From positions 10,670 to 74,669 of the forward strand of contig JANRLD010000072.1 of NCBI GenBank assembly GCA_033762915.1: 64,000 nucleotides of DNA. Reading direction: 5' to 3'. The translations under genes and the position numbers were made by a program. This document shows, piece by piece, positions 44,905 to 55,037 of the stretch. Position 1 is the first letter of the stretch; every line of letters starts with the position of its first letter. The notes below the pieces were generated by a model, which worked only from the letters and a program-made list of their open reading frames with translations, had not been told where the DNA came from and did not search any database. This DNA comes from Meiothermus sp. GTDB taxonomy: Bacteria > Deinococcota > Deinococci > Deinococcales > Thermaceae.

Positions 44905-45915
44905 TTACAGCTCGAGCGGCAGGCCAAGCTCGGCAGCCCGCTCAATGGCGCAAAGAAGGCGGGTGACCTCGAGGCCCTCTTCGCCAGTCGCCAGTGGTGG
45001 GGCGTCCTCGGTAATGGTGTCGATGAAACAGGCGATGCTGTCGAGCACAAAGCCCGTGAGGTGGGTGCCGGTGGGCGGGGCCAAAAGGTCGGGGAAGCTT
45101 GCCCTTTGGCCGTAGACTTCCAGCGCCCGGTTGTGCGAACCATCAATGTAAATGGCCCCCTTGGAGCCCAGGATCTCCATCTTGAGGTCTTTGAGGGTGG
45201 GATGGCTGGTGGGAAGGATCCACGCATGCTCGAAAACCGCAACGGCCCCGTTCTTGAACTCGAGGGTCACCAAATGGAAGTCCGCAGTGTCGATCCCCAT
45301 CTCCTTGAGAATGCCGTCGCGCCGGATCGCAGTCACCCGGCGCACCTCGTCGCCCAGCATCCAACGCACCACGTCCACCATATGACTTGCCAAGAACCAC
45401 AGTGCCGAAGAATGACTGGCCCACTTCAGCATTTGGGTGGCCACCTGTGCGGTATTTGAAAGGCGAGTGTAGAAATATACCGGCTTGCCAATCTCGCCCC
45501 GCCGTATGGCGTCCCTGGCGTTGACCATTGGGGGATTGACCCGGTTGTGGAAGTCCACCACCAGCTTTACTCCGCCCTGACGTGCCGCGGCCACGATGGC
45601 CTCGGCATCCTCTACCGTGGTGGCAAGGGGTTTCTCCACGAGTAGGTGCTTGCCTGCCTGAGCCGCCGCGACCGCTACCTCTCGGTGAAGATGGTCGGGT
45701 GTGGCGATCGAGACTGCCGTCACCTCGGGATCCGCTAAGACCTCTCGGAAGTCAGTGGTATGCCGCCGGGCACCGTATCGCCCGGCGATCTCCTCGGCCC
45801 TAGCGGCGTTTAGGTCACAGACGCTAACAAAGTCAACGGCGGGGTGTCGGCTGAAAGCCTGGGCGTGCCGCTCACCGAAGATGCCTGCACCGATAAGTGC
45901 GAATCCTGTCTTCAT
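44905..45915 (-). CDS. Gfo/Idh/MocA family oxidoreductase
   Basis: IGAGIFG, IATPDHLH, LVEKPLA. Confidence 0.92.
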   Translation of the reverse strand: MKTGFALIGAGIFGERHAQAFSRHPAVDFVSVCDLNAARAEEIAGRYGARRHTTDFREVLADPEVTAVSIATPDHLHREVAVAAAQAGKHLLVEKPLATTVEDAEAIVAAARQGGVKLVVDFHNRVNPPMVNARDAIRRGEIGKPVYFYTRLSNTAQVATQMLKWASHSSALWFLASHMVDVVRWMLGDEVRRVTAIRRDGILKEMGIDTADFHLVTLEFKNGAVAVFEHAWILPTSHPTLKDLKMEILGSKGAIYIDGSHNRALEVYGQRASFPDLLAPPTGTHLTGFVLDSIACFIDTITEDAPPLATGEEGLEVTRLLCAIERAAELGLPLEL

Positions 45916-46030
45916 CGTGTCGCTCCGAGGGGTTTTTGGCTCACGTCAGATGCAAGTATAGGGTTTTGGGGCGAATGTAGACAAACTGTCCCAAAGAAAC
46001 CAAAGTTCCCCAGAGTGAGGTTGGCTCCGA

Positions 46031-46111
46031 AATACCAAAACCGTTCCCGGTTTGCGTTAATACCAACCAAATACCAATCTCTTGCCAACTAGCATGGCGT
46101 GGACGTATACT
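46031..46111 (+). promoter_or_regulatory. Three AATACCAA boxes and a TTGCCA-18-TATACT promoter for the ABC operon
   Basis: AATACCAA at 46031, 46059 and 46070; -35 at 46082, -10 at 46106. Confidence 0.7.
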
Positions 46112-46207
46112 CCAACTCGAACCGAAGTTTAGCTGGCATCGGGGCTTTTATGTCCTGCGCCCCCGGAGGGAACAGCGAGCAGGTTCATGTTGTGTACGGA
46201 GGAAAGC

Positions 46208-47950
46208 ATGAGAAAACACTGGTGTACCATCACCTTGCTCCTACTGATCGGGAGCTTGGCCATGGCTCAGAGTAAAAACGTCGGAGACTACAGCGCTCTG
46301 GGCGTTCAGACCGGAAAGTCCGGCGGCTCCATCACCATGGCCTTGCAGTCCAACCCGGTTTCGTTTTTCTACTACTCTGCCATCGACCAGCCCATGCAGA
46401 CCATCTACCAGCTGGCCTTCGATGGACTGATCGAGTACAACCTCCGCACCTATGCCATTGAACCTGCCCTAGCCGAGTCCTGGACGCTCACCAACGGCGG
46501 TACTGTTTACACCTTCAAGTTGCGTCGGGGCGTCAAGTGGCATGACGGCACCGAGTTTACGGCTGACGACGTGATCTTCACCTTCAATCAGGTGATCTTC
46601 AACCCCGAGGCGCGGGCCGGCAACGTGGTTACCCCCACCTACGGCGGTAAGCCCGTCGTGTTTACAAAGGTCGACAAGTACACCGTTCGGGCTACCCTGG
46701 CGGTGCCGGCTCCGGGCTTCCTGACCCAGATGCGCACCTTTATTCTGCCCAAGCACAAACTGCTGCGGTGGAGCGTGGAGGGCGGCGCGACCCGGGCAGA
46801 GATCAACAACGCCTGGCCGACCAGCACCGATCCCAAGGACGTAGTCGGAACCGGAGCCTTTAAGCTCTCCTCCTACACTCCCAGCCAGCGTGTGGTGCTA
46901 ACCAAGAACACCGATTACTGGAAAAAAGACTCCGCCGGGAACGACCTGCCTTACCTTGACCAGATCACCTTCCTGATCGTCTCCGACCCTCAAGCCCAGG
47001 TGGCCCAGCTCTTGGCCGGCAACCTCGGCTACATCAACGCCTCCGGCGCGCAGTTTCCCGATCTCAAGCAGCGCGAAGTGAGCGGTGCGCCCATTCGTGT
47101 CCTGCGTTCGCTCCAGCTGTTCGGCGGCCCCAACTCGACCCGCTACATCTTCTTCAACTTCGACGCCAAGGACAAGGATCTGGCTGAGCTGTTCCGCCTC
47201 TCCGACTTCCGTCGGGCTATCCAGTTTGCCGTCAACCGCGAGCGAGTCGTTGACGCCGCGTACAACGGCTTGGCCCAGACCCCCGGTCACGGAATGTTTA
47301 CCGGCTCGACTTGGTACTTCAACACCGTGAACCAGCTCGGCAGGTTCGACCTCCAGGCCGCTGGGGCACTGCTCGAGAGAATCGGAGTGCGCGGAAGCAG
47401 CGCTGGACGCACCTGGAAGGGCAAGCCCCTCGAGTTCACCCTGACCTACGCCTCGGATCAGTCGGACTATCCCGCCATCGCCGCGATCCTCCAGAACGAC
47501 CTTCGCCAGATCGGCATTAAGGTAAACTTCCAAACGGTTCCCTTCAGCCAGCTTCTCTCCACCGGCACCTCAGGCAACTTCGAGGTGATCCTGGGTCAGT
47601 TCGGTGACCAGCCCGACCCAGAGCTGCGCCGCCCCATCTGGCAGCCTGCCAACACCCTGTACTACTGGCACCAGACAACCGTCAAGGACGGCAAGCCGGT
47701 CTTCGAAAACTTCCTGCCCTGGGAGCGTGAAATTTACAACCTCTGGGAGCAGGCCGGCACCACCTCGAGCCAGACCCAACGTAAGGCCCTCTACGACCGC
47801 TGGCAGAGCATTATTGCCAGAGAAGTCATGATGATTCCGTTGGTCAAGCCCGAGAGCGTGGCGGCCCATTCCAACCGCTACGGCAATGTTCTCTACAATC
47901 CCATGTTGATCCCCGGTTTCAACCCCGTACCGCTCCTGTTCCAGCGATGA
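46208..47950 (+). CDS. ABC transporter substrate-binding protein (family 5; possibly oligosaccharide)
   Basis: RBS GGAGG, signal peptide, PALAESW, LRRGVKWHDG.EFTADDV, LPYLD. Confidence 0.92.
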   Translation: MRKHWCTITLLLLIGSLAMAQSKNVGDYSALGVQTGKSGGSITMALQSNPVSFFYYSAIDQPMQTIYQLAFDGLIEYNLRTYAIEPALAESWTLTNGGTVYTFKLRRGVKWHDGTEFTADDVIFTFNQVIFNPEARAGNVVTPTYGGKPVVFTKVDKYTVRATLAVPAPGFLTQMRTFILPKHKLLRWSVEGGATRAEINNAWPTSTDPKDVVGTGAFKLSSYTPSQRVVLTKNTDYWKKDSAGNDLPYLDQITFLIVSDPQAQVAQLLAGNLGYINASGAQFPDLKQREVSGAPIRVLRSLQLFGGPNSTRYIFFNFDAKDKDLAELFRLSDFRRAIQFAVNRERVVDAAYNGLAQTPGHGMFTGSTWYFNTVNQLGRFDLQAAGALLERIGVRGSSAGRTWKGKPLEFTLTYASDQSDYPAIAAILQNDLRQIGIKVNFQTVPFSQLLSTGTSGNFEVILGQFGDQPDPELRRPIWQPANTLYYWHQTTVKDGKPVFENFLPWEREIYNLWEQAGTTSSQTQRKALYDRWQSIIAREVMMIPLVKPESVAAHSNRYGNVLYNPMLIPGFNPVPLLFQR

Positions 47951-47963
47951 ACTAGACCAAGGA

Positions 47964-48012
47964 CAATAGGCGGTTAGCTCTTAGCTTTTGGCTAGCGGCT
48001 AACCGCCTATTG
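47964..48012 (+). other. Strong intercistronic stem-loop between binding-protein and permease genes
   Basis: Perfect 15-bp stem CAATAGGCGGTTAGC / GCTAACCGCCTATTG with no T-run. Confidence 0.75.
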
Positions 48013-48033
48013 CACCGGGCCAACACCATCCCT

Positions 48034-49008
48034 ATGTGGCTCTACCTCCTCCGCCGCGTCTTGCTGATTCCCCCTGCGCTGTTACTGATCTCGGCGCTGG
48101 TCTTTGCGGTGGTATACCTGCAACCGGGAAATGCTTTACAGCAGTACCTTGAAGACCCCCGCTTTACCGAGGAGACCAAGCGCCTCATCGAGCGGCAATA
48201 CGGACTTGACCAGCCACCGCATATCCAATATCTGATGTGGCTGCGCGGAGTTGTGCTGGGTCCGCTGGACTTTGGGCAGTCCATCAAGTTCGGTCGTCCG
48301 GTGGTCTCGGTGCTGGGCGAGGCGCTGGGTTGGACCGTCTTTGTTGCACTCATAACCATAGTTTTTACCTGGCTAATTGCCATACCTCTTGGCATCTACA
48401 CCGCGCTCAACCGATACGGACCGCTCTCGGTGGTCTCCAACTTTGTGGGTTACATTGGTTTGGCCGTTCCAGACTTTCTTGTGGTGTTGTTACTGGTGGC
48501 ATGGGTCTTAAGCACCGGCGGCACCAACGTGGGTGGACTGTTCAGTCCCCAGTTTATAGATGCCCCTTGGGGCTGGGCGAAGTTTGTCAATCTGATGTCG
48601 CACTTGTGGATTCCGGTGGTCGCCATCGGGCTCGAGGGCGTGGCCGGCCTCATGCGCCAGATGCGAAGCTCGATGCTCGACGTCTTGAACCAGGACTACA
48701 TCCGCACCGCGAGGTCGAAGGGGCTGGCTGCGCGGGTAGTGGTGTACAAACACGCTGTCCGCAACGCCATCAACCCCATGATCTCGCTGGCAGGTTTGCA
48801 GCTGCCGCAGCTCATCAGCTCTTCGATTGTGGTCTCCATCATCCTGAACCTACCAACCATCGGGCCGCTCCTTTTTGACGCGCTCATTGGCAAGGATCAG
48901 TTTTTGTCTATGGCGGTCCTGATGATCGCGGCCTTTTTGCTGATGGTGGGCAACCTGCTGGCCGATATGGCGCTGGCCTGGGCCGACCCGAGGATTCGCT
49001 ATGACTAG
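48034..49008 (+). CDS. ABC transporter permease (OppB/DppB-type)
   Basis: YGLDQP, DFGQS, DYIRTARSKGL, HAVRNA, DPRIRY. Confidence 0.93.
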   Translation: MWLYLLRRVLLIPPALLLISALVFAVVYLQPGNALQQYLEDPRFTEETKRLIERQYGLDQPPHIQYLMWLRGVVLGPLDFGQSIKFGRPVVSVLGEALGWTVFVALITIVFTWLIAIPLGIYTALNRYGPLSVVSNFVGYIGLAVPDFLVVLLLVAWVLSTGGTNVGGLFSPQFIDAPWGWAKFVNLMSHLWIPVVAIGLEGVAGLMRQMRSSMLDVLNQDYIRTARSKGLAARVVVYKHAVRNAINPMISLAGLQLPQLISSSIVVSIILNLPTIGPLLFDALIGKDQFLSMAVLMIAAFLLMVGNLLADMALAWADPRIRYD

Positions 49009-50089
49009 TGGCCCGGTGAAGACCCTTTCGCCCCTACAGCTGGCCTGGCGTCGATACCGGCGCTCGAGGGTGGGGGTGTTTAGCGGGTACGTACTGTTGG
49101 TGCTGTATCTTGTCGCGCTGTTTGCGGGTTTTCTCGCGCCGTACAGCTCGGTAACCCAGAACTCACTCAACCCCTATCAGCCGCCCCAGCGGGTCCACTG
49201 GTTTCGCGACGGACGCCTTCAGCGCCCCTTCGTGTACGTCATGAAGCAAGAACGCGATCCCGTGACCTTTGTCCGGCGTTTCGCGGAGGACACCTCCCAG
49301 CCACAGCCCGTTCGATTCTTCGTCCGGGGCGACTCCTACGGTTTTTTGGGCCTAATCCCTTCCAACATTCACCTGTTTGGAGTAGAGGGCGGATCGATCT
49401 ATCTGTTTGGTACCGATAAACTGGGACGCTGCCTCTTCTCGCGCATCCTGATCGGGGCCCAGGTTTCGCTCACGGTGGGGATCGTGGCGGTGATAATTTC
49501 CTTCTTCCTGGGTATCCTGATCGGCGGGATTTCGGGCTACTATGGCGGGCGCACCGACGCCCTGATCCAACGCCTCATCGAGATTCTGCTCTCTATCCCA
49601 ACCCTCCCCATCTTGCTGGCTCTGGCGATCATCATCCCGCCAGAGTGGCCTGCGGCCTGGGTGTTCTTGGGCATCGTGGTGGTGATTAGCCTGATTCGCT
49701 GGGCCTCTATCGCCCGGGTGGTGCGGGGGCAGGTGCTTAGCCTGCGCGAGCTGGACTATGTGCAGGCTGCCCGGGCGCTGGGTGCAACCGATCTGAGTGT
49801 GATCTTCAGGCACTTGCTGCCCAACCTGACCTCCTTCCTGATCGTCACTGCGACGCTGACGATCCCGAGCTACATCATCCTCGAGACCACCCTGTCCTTC
49901 CTGGGCCTGGGCATCAAGGAGCCGCTGAGCAGTTGGGGCTACCTGTTGCGCGACGTGCGCGAAGAGGGTTTCGGGGTGCTCTCGCTGTACCCCTGGCTGC
50001 TGATCCCGGGCATTTTCATCACCGTCACCGTACTGGCCTTCAACTTCTTCGGCGATGCCCTGCGCGACGCTGCGGACGTGCGTTCTTAA
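49001..50089 (+). CDS. ABC transporter permease (OppC/DppC-type)
   Basis: FGTDKLGR, DYVQAARALGA, RHLLPN, LSFLGLG, FNFFGDALRD. Confidence 0.93.
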   Translation: MTSGPVKTLSPLQLAWRRYRRSRVGVFSGYVLLVLYLVALFAGFLAPYSSVTQNSLNPYQPPQRVHWFRDGRLQRPFVYVMKQERDPVTFVRRFAEDTSQPQPVRFFVRGDSYGFLGLIPSNIHLFGVEGGSIYLFGTDKLGRCLFSRILIGAQVSLTVGIVAVIISFFLGILIGGISGYYGGRTDALIQRLIEILLSIPTLPILLALAIIIPPEWPAAWVFLGIVVVISLIRWASIARVVRGQVLSLRELDYVQAARALGATDLSVIFRHLLPNLTSFLIVTATLTIPSYIILETTLSFLGLGIKEPLSSWGYLLRDVREEGFGVLSLYPWLLIPGIFITVTVLAFNFFGDALRDAADVRS

Positions 50090-50183
50090 GTTCCTGTTGA
50101 GGAAATCTGAGGCTTCTAGCACCTCTAGAGAATCTTCTATCCGGTCGCTGAAACGCCACCGATTACGGTAAAATGCTGCATAA

Positions 50184-53100
50184 ATGTCGGCGCTGGGGAA
50201 GGACAGAGAGGTCGGGCTCGAGGGTGGGGCGGCGGGGCCATCGGCAAGGCTCAGGGCGGTTACTCTGCGGCGGGCGGGGCTGGCAATGGCATTGTGGGGC
50301 GAGCCCGGGGTGGGCAAGACCCACTTGGCCGCTCGGCTGCTGCGCGAAGCCGGGTGCCGCAGCTTCTCTTTCCACTCCACCGTGCCGCTCGGTACCCTGT
50401 TGGCCACCCTGCCCCGCCCCGCCGGTCGGGTGGCGCTCCCCGCCTGGGCCGAAGGCCCGCTGGAGCGGCTGGCGGCTGGCGGTTCGGTCCCGCCGGAACA
50501 GGCTGCCGACGCGCTGGTAGCCCTGCTGGCAGCGCTGGCCCCAATGGTTTTGCTCTTCGAAGATCTGCACGAGGCCGGTGTGGTGCGCGGCGAACTGATC
50601 CAGTCCCTGGCCCGCAGGGTGGTCCGGACCAGAGGCGTCGGCCTGCTGGCCACGACCCGATCCGAGCCGCCTGAAGTGTTCGAGGGGTACCGCCTCGAGC
50701 GGTTGTCGCCCGAGGGCACGCGGTCTATGCTCGAGAGAGAGATCGGGGGCGCGCTACCCGATCAGGCCCACCGCTGGGTTCACCGACACGCGGCGGGAAA
50801 TCCGCTTTTTTCGCTGGAGTATTTGCGCCTGCTGGCCCGTCAGGGCTTCTTGTGGAGCGACGGGCGGCGCTGGAACTGGCGAGAGCCTTCCGGTCGGGTG
50901 GTGCCGGTAACGGTGGAGGCCCTGCTCGAGTCGATGATCGGGGAGGCCACGGCTGACGAAAAGGTGCGCTCGGCGCTCGAGGCCAGGGCGATCCTTCCGA
51001 TAGAGGCCGATACCCGCCTTTGGGCAGCGGTTTCCGGTCTGGACGAGGCGGCGCTGGTGCAATCTAAGGCCCGACTGGAGGCGCTGGGCCTGCTCCGTGG
51101 GGGGGATTTCGCCCACCCACTCTTCCGCGAGCACAGCGCCGCACTTACCCCACCGGGGCGGCGGAAAGCCTTGGCCCGCCGTGCCCTCGAGGCCCTGCGC
51201 CAAACGAACCTACAGGTCGCCGCGGCTTTCGCGGCCCAGGCCGACCTCCCGCCAGACGAGACATTCGGGCTCCTTTCCGAGGCGGCTCTGGAAGCCGAGG
51301 AGTCGGGAGACCCGGTTCAGGCGGCCCGCTGGAAGCTCGAAGCAGTGGCGGTAGCCCCCCTGGAGCTACGTGCTGCGCTGGCCCTCGAGGCCGCCGAGGG
51401 TTACCGTCCGCACAGCCTCGAGCAGGCCGCCGAGGCCGCACGAGCCGCACTTGGCGCCGAGCCCGACAATGTCGAAGCGCTCTTTCTGCTGGCCGAACTT
51501 CTGGCCCTGCGGGGCTTCCAGTCCGAGGCGGATGCGGCCCTAAAGCGTCTGCCGGCCCGCCTGCGCGAGAGCCCCGCGTGGCCAATGCGGCAGCTAATGG
51601 TGCGCTCGGCGCTCGAGGATCACGCGGGGGTGGTCCGGCTATGGGATGAGCATCCAGAACTGCACCGGACGGCCCCGCCCCTCAATGTGGTGGCCACTAT
51701 CGACGCGATGCTTTACCTGGGCCGCTTCGACGAGGCTGTGGCGCTGGCTGAGCAGACCACTGTGCGGGCCGGCCTCGAGCCCCTCGAGCAGGCCCTACTA
51801 GAGCGGGCACTGGGCCGAGCCGAGTTCTACGCCGGAAGGTTGGAGGCCTCCAGAGCCAGGTTTGAGGCTGTCCTACCAGTCATCGCCCGGCATAGCCCCG
51901 GCCACCAGACCGCCCTCACGCTAGTCCGCTTGGGCATTTGCCACTACTACGCTGGCAATTTCACCGAGGCCCTTAAGTCTTTGCAGGAGGGCCTGGCGGA
52001 GTTTGCCCGGCTGGGTGACGGGCGCTGGTGCGCAGTGGCCAAACACTACCTGGGCAGCGTCTATGCTGGGCTGGGCCAGCCCGACCGCTGGGAAGAGCTC
52101 TTCTTGGGGGCCTACGAGTACCTGAGCCGACTGGGGCCGTCGGACAGCCTGGTAAACGTGGGCAACGCGCTGGCCTGGGCCTACTCCCACGGCGGCACCC
52201 CGCTTAACCGTCTCTTGGGGCTAAAGTATGCCCGTAACGCCACCGCCACCGCACGGGACCTGGGCAGCGTTCGTGCGGTACTTAACTCGGGGGTGCAGCT
52301 GAGCCTGGCCCTCTCCTATACTGGCGACGCTCGACAGGGCCTGAGCGTTGCAGAAGAGAGTCTGCACCAGCTCCGCGGACTGGACTATCCTTTCATCTCA
52401 GCCTTGACCCTCGAGGCCAAGGGGGTAGCCCTGGCAGCGCTGGGCCAGCCCGAGCCCGCCTTGGCAGCCTAGGGCGAGGCGGTGCGGCTGAACCAGCAAC
52501 ACTCCAATCTCGAGGACGTCGACCGCATCCGCCTGCGCTCGGCGGTACTGCGTGACGACCGGGCAGCGGCGCTGGAACTCCTGGAGGAGAGTCGGACAGC
52601 GGGGCGGCACTTCCTGCTCCAGCTGGCCCGCACCCACTTTCCCGAGCTGCTGGCGACCGCGCCTATGGCTGCAGCCCAGCCTGCCACCGGGCTGCGCCTC
52701 GAGGTGCTCGGCCCGCCGCGGGCGGGTGGCCAGGCAGTGCGCGGGGGCAAGCGGCAGGAGCTGCTGGCCCTGCTGCTCGAGGCCCGCCTCTCCGGACGGA
52801 ACGGAGTGGACAAGCTCGAGCTGCTCGATACCCTCTACCCCGGCGAACCCGACGAACGGGCCGGTGCGGCACTGCGGGACCTGGTGCGTACGCTCCGCGC
52901 TCAACTCAGCGCACCTTTCATCGAAACAACCCCCACCGGCTATGCGCTGGGCAGTGGCGTGACCGCCGATGCCGAGGAGTTCCTGAAGGGGGGCGAAACC
53001 GGGCTGTGGCGTGGGCCGTACCTCGAGGGACTGTCTGAGTTGGCCCACGGCGAGGAGGTGCGCGAGTCGCTGTACCTGGATTTGCACGCGCGGGCCGAGT

Positions 53101-53321
53101 CCTTGTTGGAATCCGATCCAACAGAAGCTGCACGGCTGGGTCGAATACTGCTGACAGCAGACCCCTACAACGTGTCCGCACTTCGGCTTACCGTATATGC
53201 TCTGCGCAAACTCGGGAACCACCGCAGCCTTTCCCGGCACTACTCCGAGGCCAGGGAGCGGATGCTGGAAGTGGGAGAGGAGTTACCATCGGACTGGCAA
53301 ACCTTCCTGGCCTCGGCCTGA
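50184..53321 (+). pseudogene. STAND-type ATPase-TPR-SARP (wHTH+BTAD) regulator with one internal in-frame TAG
   Basis: Walker A GEPGVGKT, Walker B LLFEDLHE, GNPLF, TPR-like helices. TAG at 52470-72; the downstream ORF is in the same frame and carries LRLEVLGP...LLALLL...GYAL...LWRGPYLEG. Collinear with 58569-61679. Confidence 0.85.
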
Positions 53322-53398
53322 CTTCGAATCGGCATATCCCGCCGTCTATCTGACTTCGATCTCACCGACCCCCCGCCACAATCTGCATTAGGGGGTGG

Positions 53399-53653
53399 AT
53401 GATGATAGACCCAATCTGGAGCTGGATTCTCCCAGTTTTTGGCATTGCCGCCGTTTGGGTGGGGCCGGTCAACCGATGGGGCTGGGCCTTGGGGTTGTGC
53501 GGACAGTGCCTTTGGCTGATCTACGGGCTTACCACCCACCAGCACGGTTTCGTGCTGAGCGCGCTGCTGTTCGGGGGTGCCCATCTCAAAAACTTCTTGG
53601 CCGCCACCCGTCGTGAATCATTGGGGATGCGGCAGGCTGGGGGTCAGCCGTGA
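53399..53653 (+). CDS. Small Trp-rich membrane protein (about 3 TM)
   Basis: WSWILPVFG, RWGWALGL.GQ.LWLIYG; stop overlaps the next start (GTGA). Confidence 0.65.
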   Translation: MMIDPIWSWILPVFGIAAVWVGPVNRWGWALGLCGQCLWLIYGLTTHQHGFVLSALLFGGAHLKNFLAATRRESLGMRQAGGQP

Positions 53654-54387
53654 GTCCCCTGGCTCCCATCCCTCACAAGCGTCGGGTGGATGTGGTGTAC
53701 GCCGCCCTGCGCGAGGCCATGCTGTGCGGCGTGCTCCCCCCCGGTCAGCCGCTTAGTGTTCCCGAACTTGCTCGGCAGCTGGGTGTTTCGCGCAGCCCGG
53801 TTCGCGAGGCGGTGCTGCGGTTGGCCGCCGTAGGTTTGGCCCAAGAGACCGCTAGGCGTGGGGTGGAAGTGGCCCGTCTGGGCCCTGTGGAGGCCCTGCA
53901 TCTGTTGGAGGTATGCAAGCTGCTGGAGATTGCGGCGGTACGGACTGCTTTAGAACTTAGCAGCGAAGCCGACCTGGAAATCTTGTCCGGAATACTCGTG
54001 ACTCAGGCCTCAGCGGTGCGAAACGAGCGGCTGAACGAATATCAAGCCGCTGCGTTGGCCTTCCACCACGAGCTCGGGCGGCTCAGCTGTAACCCTGAAC
54101 TCGAGAAGCTGATCGGCTCGCTGTCCGACCGCTGCGCACTGGCGTTGGGTCGAAAGGCGCTCGAGCCACCGTTGCCGAAGTTCCAACTTTCTGACCGCCG
54201 CGGCCTGCTCGAGGCCCTGCACCGGCGGGACGGCTCGGGCGCAGCTGCCGCCCTCGAGCGCCTGTTCGCCCGGCTGCGCTCGGCGCTGGAGCCGCCTCAG
54301 CCATCCCCCCAACCGAGAAGGTTGCAGAGGCCCAAAGGGCTGCAACTGGCTCGAGCCGGGGCAGGTCTCGAGGGGGGACTGCAGTGA
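53650..54387 (+). CDS. GntR/FCD-family transcriptional regulator
   Basis: LPPGQPL...ELARQLGVSRSPVREA, FHHEL....N. Confidence 0.85.
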   Translation: MSPLAPIPHKRRVDVVYAALREAMLCGVLPPGQPLSVPELARQLGVSRSPVREAVLRLAAVGLAQETARRGVEVARLGPVEALHLLEVCKLLEIAAVRTALELSSEADLEILSGILVTQASAVRNERLNEYQAAALAFHHELGRLSCNPELEKLIGSLSDRCALALGRKALEPPLPKFQLSDRRGLLEALHRRDGSGAAAALERLFARLRSALEPPQPSPQPRRLQRPKGLQLARAGAGLEGGLQ

Positions 54388-54641
54388 ACCACAACTCGAG
54401 CAGGGATCTGCCCGCCCTGTACTGCCTTTGTCCCCAGTGCGCGCGGGCGGTTCCGCTGCGCTCCGGCGAGCGCTACTGCGTCAATGACGGCGAGCCGATG
54501 TTGGTCGCCTGCCCGGCTTGCGGGGCCGGGATCGCCTCGCCCTATGCCCGCTTCTGCGGGAAGTGCGGGGCCGCGCTCGTGAGGGGGCCAGGCCCACGAG
54601 ACTTCCTGGCCCTGGTCGCAGAGGCCCGCCGTGAGCCTTGA
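54384..54641 (+). CDS. Double zinc-ribbon protein
   Basis: CPQC...YCVNDG...CPACG...FCGKCG. Confidence 0.8.
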   Translation: MNHNSSRDLPALYCLCPQCARAVPLRSGERYCVNDGEPMLVACPACGAGIASPYARFCGKCGAALVRGPGPRDFLALVAEARREP

Positions 54642-54909
54642 CGACGTGGTGGGATACCTGGCCGCGCTGCTGGTTCTGGTTGCATTCTCGATGCGCGACA
54701 TGGTTGTGCTTCGGCTGGTGGCGATTGCGAGCAACCTGGCCTTCCTGGCTTACGGGGCACTGGCCGACCTTCCGCCGGTTCTGCTGTTGCATGCGGTGCT
54801 GTTGCCCACCAACCTCTTTCGCCTGACCCAGTTGATGCGTGAGCGGCTGGGGGCAAAGAAGGTTGGCCTCGACCTTAACGGCCATCGGCAAAACCGGCCC
54901 GAAACTTGA
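54631..54909 (+). CDS. Small membrane protein (YgjV/Popeye-TM-like)
   Basis: GYLAALLVLVAFSMRDMVVLRLVAIASNLAFLAYG...PVLLLH...PTNLFRL. Confidence 0.7.
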   Translation: MSLDDVVGYLAALLVLVAFSMRDMVVLRLVAIASNLAFLAYGALADLPPVLLLHAVLLPTNLFRLTQLMRERLGAKKVGLDLNGHRQNRPET

Positions 54910-55037
54910 CCGCCGTCTCACCGAGGGCTCGGCAGTATATCAAGCAGGAGGCAGTAGCGATGAACAGGAATCCCGGTATGACCTTGGTAAAGACGGCTCC
55001 CGGCTCAAAGGTTCTTGGCGGTTTTAGGGAGGGAATC

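Noticed and set aside
52470..52472. Pyrrolysine readthrough of the TAG
   Set aside because: No pyl genes or supporting context in the window; a point mutation or sequencing error is simpler.
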